Below are positions 24,543 through 27,491 of a stretch of 27,491 nucleotides of DNA, one piece after another. Every line of letters begins with the position of its first letter. The stretch's first letter is position 1. Position numbers and translations under genes: made by a program. The DNA is from an uncultured virus (IMG/VR IMGVR_UViG_3300034656_000069). Its lineage: Duplodnaviria > Heunggongvirae > Uroviricota > Caudoviricetes. The notes below the pieces were generated by a model. That model searched no databases. It saw nothing but the letters and a program-made list of their open reading frames with translations, and was not told where the DNA came from. The DNA lies in IMG/VR virus record IMGVR_UViG_3300034656_000069, one strand, 5' to 3'.

Positions 24543-24826
24543 ATGAGCAGCGAGAGCGGTTTGAGGCGTGGGCAGCGGGTCGATTTGAACTGCACTGGCA
24601 TGTCGATGCAGAACGATACGCTAGCGCCATAACGCAAGCCGCTTGGGAAGCATGGCAAGCCGCGTGCCCCGAGGGCTGGAAGGTAGCCCCTGTGGAGCCG
24701 ACGCAAGAAATGCAGAATCACGGCAGCGTGGCCCGATACCATGAGCGACTAGATTGCAAAGGGCTTTATAAAGCAATGCTATCAACCGCACCCAAGCCGG
24801 AGGACGCATGCAAAAGCCCCGGCTAA
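24539..24826 (+). CDS. Hypothetical phage protein
   Basis: RERFEAW...AWEAWQAA.PEGWKVAPVEPTQEM...YKAMLSTAPKP, a pattern common in lambdoid early regions. Confidence 0.75.
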   Translation: MNEQRERFEAWAAGRFELHWHVDAERYASAITQAAWEAWQAACPEGWKVAPVEPTQEMQNHGSVARYHERLDCKGLYKAMLSTAPKPEDACKSPG

Positions 24827-24975
24827 GCCCCTCAGCCTTTGCCCCGGCACGCTGGCAATGCCGAGGCGGCCCAATGAAGTACGGCGAGTATTTGACCGGC
24901 TATGGCAATACGCCTAATGAGGCTTGGTTGGCATGGCGAGTCAAGCAATTGGAATATGAGATGAACGAACGTTAA
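24808..24975 (+). CDS. Hypothetical protein (55 aa)
   Basis: Manual translation MQKPRLSPSAFAPARWQCRGGPMKYGEYLTGYGNTPNEAWLAWRVKQLEYEMNER*; SD GGAGG. Confidence 0.6.
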   Translation: MQKPRLSPSAFAPARWQCRGGPMKYGEYLTGYGNTPNEAWLAWRVKQLEYEMNER

Positions 24976-24976
24976 C

Positions 24977-25001
24977 AGCCGCCCAAGAGGCGGCTTTTTT
25001 T
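24977..25001 (+). terminator. Intrinsic terminator
   Basis: GCCGCC-CAAGA-GGCGGC followed by T7. Confidence 0.75.
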
Positions 25002-25016
25002 GTCTGGGAGGCGAAT

Positions 25017-25580
25017 ATGCGAATCAAGCCGATTGAGATAGAGCGCTTTCACGAAAAGTACATCGTCGATGAAGAGTCGGGCTGCTGGATATGGCAGGCG
25101 GCCACAAGCGGGCGCGGTTACGGAACGATGAAAATAGGCGGTAGGAAAGAGGCGGCGCACCGCATCTCTTATGAGATCCACAAAGGCCCAATACCGGAGG
25201 GTATGCTTGGCTGTCATGAGTGCGATGTACCGCTGTGCGTAAATCCCGATCATATTTTCCTGGGTACGAACCTGGATAACACTAGGGATATGATCAGCAA
25301 GGGCAGGGAACGATACGTTGGCCAGAAAGGCGCGAGCAACCCCAAGGCTATACTGGACGATAAGAAGGTTGTTGAAATCATCAAGCTGATTGCCAAAGGA
25401 ATGACCAACCGTGCCATTGCCAATCGGTTTGGCGTATCGCAAGGCACCGTCAGCTTGATCAGGTTAGGGAAGTGCTGGCCAGATATACCCAGGCCAGATA
25501 ACGAGAACTTCAAGCCATACCGATCACTTAGATCGACAGCCGCCAAAAAGGCGGCTTCTTTGTTTCTAGGGGATGCATAA
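25017..25580 (+). CDS. HNH homing endonuclease with C-terminal HTH
   Basis: CWIWQ...GYG...AAHRISYEIHKGPIP...CHECDVPLCVNPDHIFLGTNLDN. Confidence 0.9.
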   Translation: MRIKPIEIERFHEKYIVDEESGCWIWQAATSGRGYGTMKIGGRKEAAHRISYEIHKGPIPEGMLGCHECDVPLCVNPDHIFLGTNLDNTRDMISKGRERYVGQKGASNPKAILDDKKVVEIIKLIAKGMTNRAIANRFGVSQGTVSLIRLGKCWPDIPRPDNENFKPYRSLRSTAAKKAASLFLGDA

Positions 25581-25717
25581 TGAAAGCACAAGCCAATCAA
25601 GCTCAAATTAGCGAGGGGCAGGCCGCTATCATTAGAATGCTCGCCCGGCAGGCTGCCAATGATCATTTAAAGGGGAAGGATAATGCGCGCCGTAGTTTAC
25701 GCACGGTACAGCAGTGA
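25580..25717 (+). CDS. Small protein (45 aa), candidate recombination directionality factor
   Basis: MKAQANQAQISEGQAAIIRMLARQAANDHLKGKDNARRSLRTVQQ*; TAATG coupling to HNH; overlaps integrase start. Confidence 0.45.
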   Translation: MKAQANQAQISEGQAAIIRMLARQAANDHLKGKDNARRSLRTVQQ

Positions 25718-27214
25718 AAAACAAGACTCGACCAGCATTGATGACCAACTAAGCGTATGCCGCGCCCGAGCCAGTCGGGACGGCTTCGATATTATCGGCA
25801 TGCATCACGACGGCGCTGTATCAGGCTCTACGCAAGTCGGCAGCCGTGAAGGCGGCAAGGCGCTGCTAGCTGACGCTATGGCGGCGCGATTTGATGTGCT
25901 GTTACTGGAAGGGCTTGATCGCCTCAGTCGTGATCAAGTGGAGCAAGAGAGCATTGTTCGCCGCCTGGAGCATCGCAATATACGCATTATCGGCGTGTGT
26001 GATGGCTACGACTCAGAAGCGCCTGGGCGTAAAGTTATGCGCGGTGTGCGAGGTCTGATCAATGAGATTTATCTTGATGACCTGCGGGCTAAAACGCACC
26101 GGGGGATGTCAGGGCAGTTTGAGCGTGGCTTTATTGCAGGCGGAAATCTCTACGGCTATGACATCGTTAAGACCGAGCAGGGCAGCCATTACGTTATTAA
26201 TGAAACGGAATCCGCTGTAGTGCGCTGGATATTCCAGTCGGTGGCCGAAGGCAAGGGTTATCGATCCATTGCTCTGCGCCTAAATGAAGATGGCGTTCCC
26301 GCGCCAAGAGGTGGTAAGTGGTCGGTGTCTGCCGTGTACGGTTCGCCAGTGAAAGGCACTGGCATGATCAACAATAGCCTGTACGCGGGCATCTATACGT
26401 GGAACCGGTCGCAGTGGGTTAAAGACCCTGATACTGGCAAGCGCAAACGTATAGAACGGCCAGAGAGCGAATGGAAGCGCGTCGACATGCCTGATCTGCG
26501 CATCGTTGATAAAGCCACCTGGGCTAAGGTTCGCCACCGGATCGACAGCGGGCGTGACGAATACGGGCGCAAGGTTTCGGCGCGACCAATGAAAAGCCTG
26601 CTGGGCGGAATACTTCGATGCCCGCATTGTGGTGGTCCAATGGCTGGCCGTGACCGCAACTACTACGGATGTAGCGTGCATCACAACGTAGGTCCGTCCG
26701 CGTGCCCTGACTACCGCCTAAACCGTGCGCTGGTTGAAAAGCGCATCTTGACCATTGTGCGTAAAGACTTGCTATCCCCATCGGTAGCACGGCTTTACGA
26801 GAAAGAGTTTCGGCAACACCTAAAAGCTAATAGCACCGCAGAGAAAGTGCGGCAGGCAAGGGAACGGCTAGCCGAGGTTGAGAAAGAAATCACCCGCATG
26901 ATCGATGCTATCGTTTCGGTCGGGGCGTCACCAGCGCTGAGCGCAAGACTGAAAGCGGCAGAGCGAGAGCGTGACACGCTGAATGAAATAGCAGGCAGCG
27001 GTGACCAAATAGTCGAGGTGCCGGACATTCGCGGGATATTTAAGCGGCAGTTACTGAATTTAGGTGAAGCATTAAAGAGGGAGCCAGAAATTGCCAGGGC
27101 GGCAATGGGACAGATATTCGGGAAGGTGGGGCTTGAGCTTCGAGGGAATGAAGTGTGGGGGCAAATAAAAACATCGCCAGCACTGTTAAAGGTGTCTGGC
27201 GATGCTTTTGAAGA

Positions 27215-27236
<22 letters not shown>
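25683..27236 (+). CDS. int: Large serine recombinase (prophage integrase)
   Basis: YARYSS catalytic Ser, LDRLSRD, recombinase domain, Zn ribbon CPHC...C...C, coiled coil; at the prophage end. Confidence 0.95.
27163..27204 (-). terminator. Terminator downstream of the tRNA, located inside the integrase CDS
   Basis: CATCGCCAG/CTGGCGATG stem followed by TTTTTATTT on minus strand, ~10 nt after the tRNA CCA. Confidence 0.7.
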
Positions 27237-27291
<55 letters not shown>

Positions 27292-27305
27292 TCAACGTGT
27301 GGCGT

Positions 27306-27333
27306 ATTATACGCATTTTTGACGCTAAGTCAA
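27306..27333 (-). promoter_or_regulatory. Host sigma70 promoter of the tRNA
   Basis: TTGACT-16 bp-TATAAT followed by a GC-rich discriminator. Confidence 0.85.
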
Positions 27334-27491
27334 CCCCTCATATAAATCGCTTTCTTGCTGGCAGTCATCTTCATCGTGCTGCAACATTGAGGGAGTAAAG
27401 CTATGCTTTCAATCAGCATAACAAAAAGCTTACTGTCGGTGTGTCGCCCAATAGAACAAGCGGCGTGCTGTGAGTGAAAGAGGCGCGAATG

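Noticed and set aside
27334..27491. Host gene at the right edge
   Set aside because: No supportable ORF; appears intergenic.

Overview
The window is the right-hand ~27.2 kb of a lambdoid-type temperate prophage in a Gammaproteobacterium (host not provable from sequence), ending in a host initiator tRNA-Met gene (minus strand, 27215-27291). Minus strand, right to left: cro, replication initiator O with origin repeats, DnaB-type helicase, nin-like region (NinB, RusA-like), Q-like antiterminator, pR' promoter, lysis cassette (GH108 endolysin, two holin-like genes, no recognisable spanins), GIY-YIG endonuclease, terminase small subunit and the 5' part of terminase large subunit. Plus strand: cI, a LuxR-type HTH gene, a ~2.4 kb region of repeated covarying RNA structures interleaved with tiny genes, then RecT/Bet, YqaJ exonuclease, SF2 helicase, two methyltransferases, two HNH endonucleases and a large serine integrase whose last codons overlap the tRNA. 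Most notable: the structured-RNA array with tRNA-like units in an N-less left operon; a kissing-loop leader on the GIY-YIG gene; a candidate cationic outer-membrane disruptor; an exonuclease with a possible RecBCD-inhibitor-like tail; and an att site within the integrase 3' end. All family calls come from motif recognition and gene order, not database searches.
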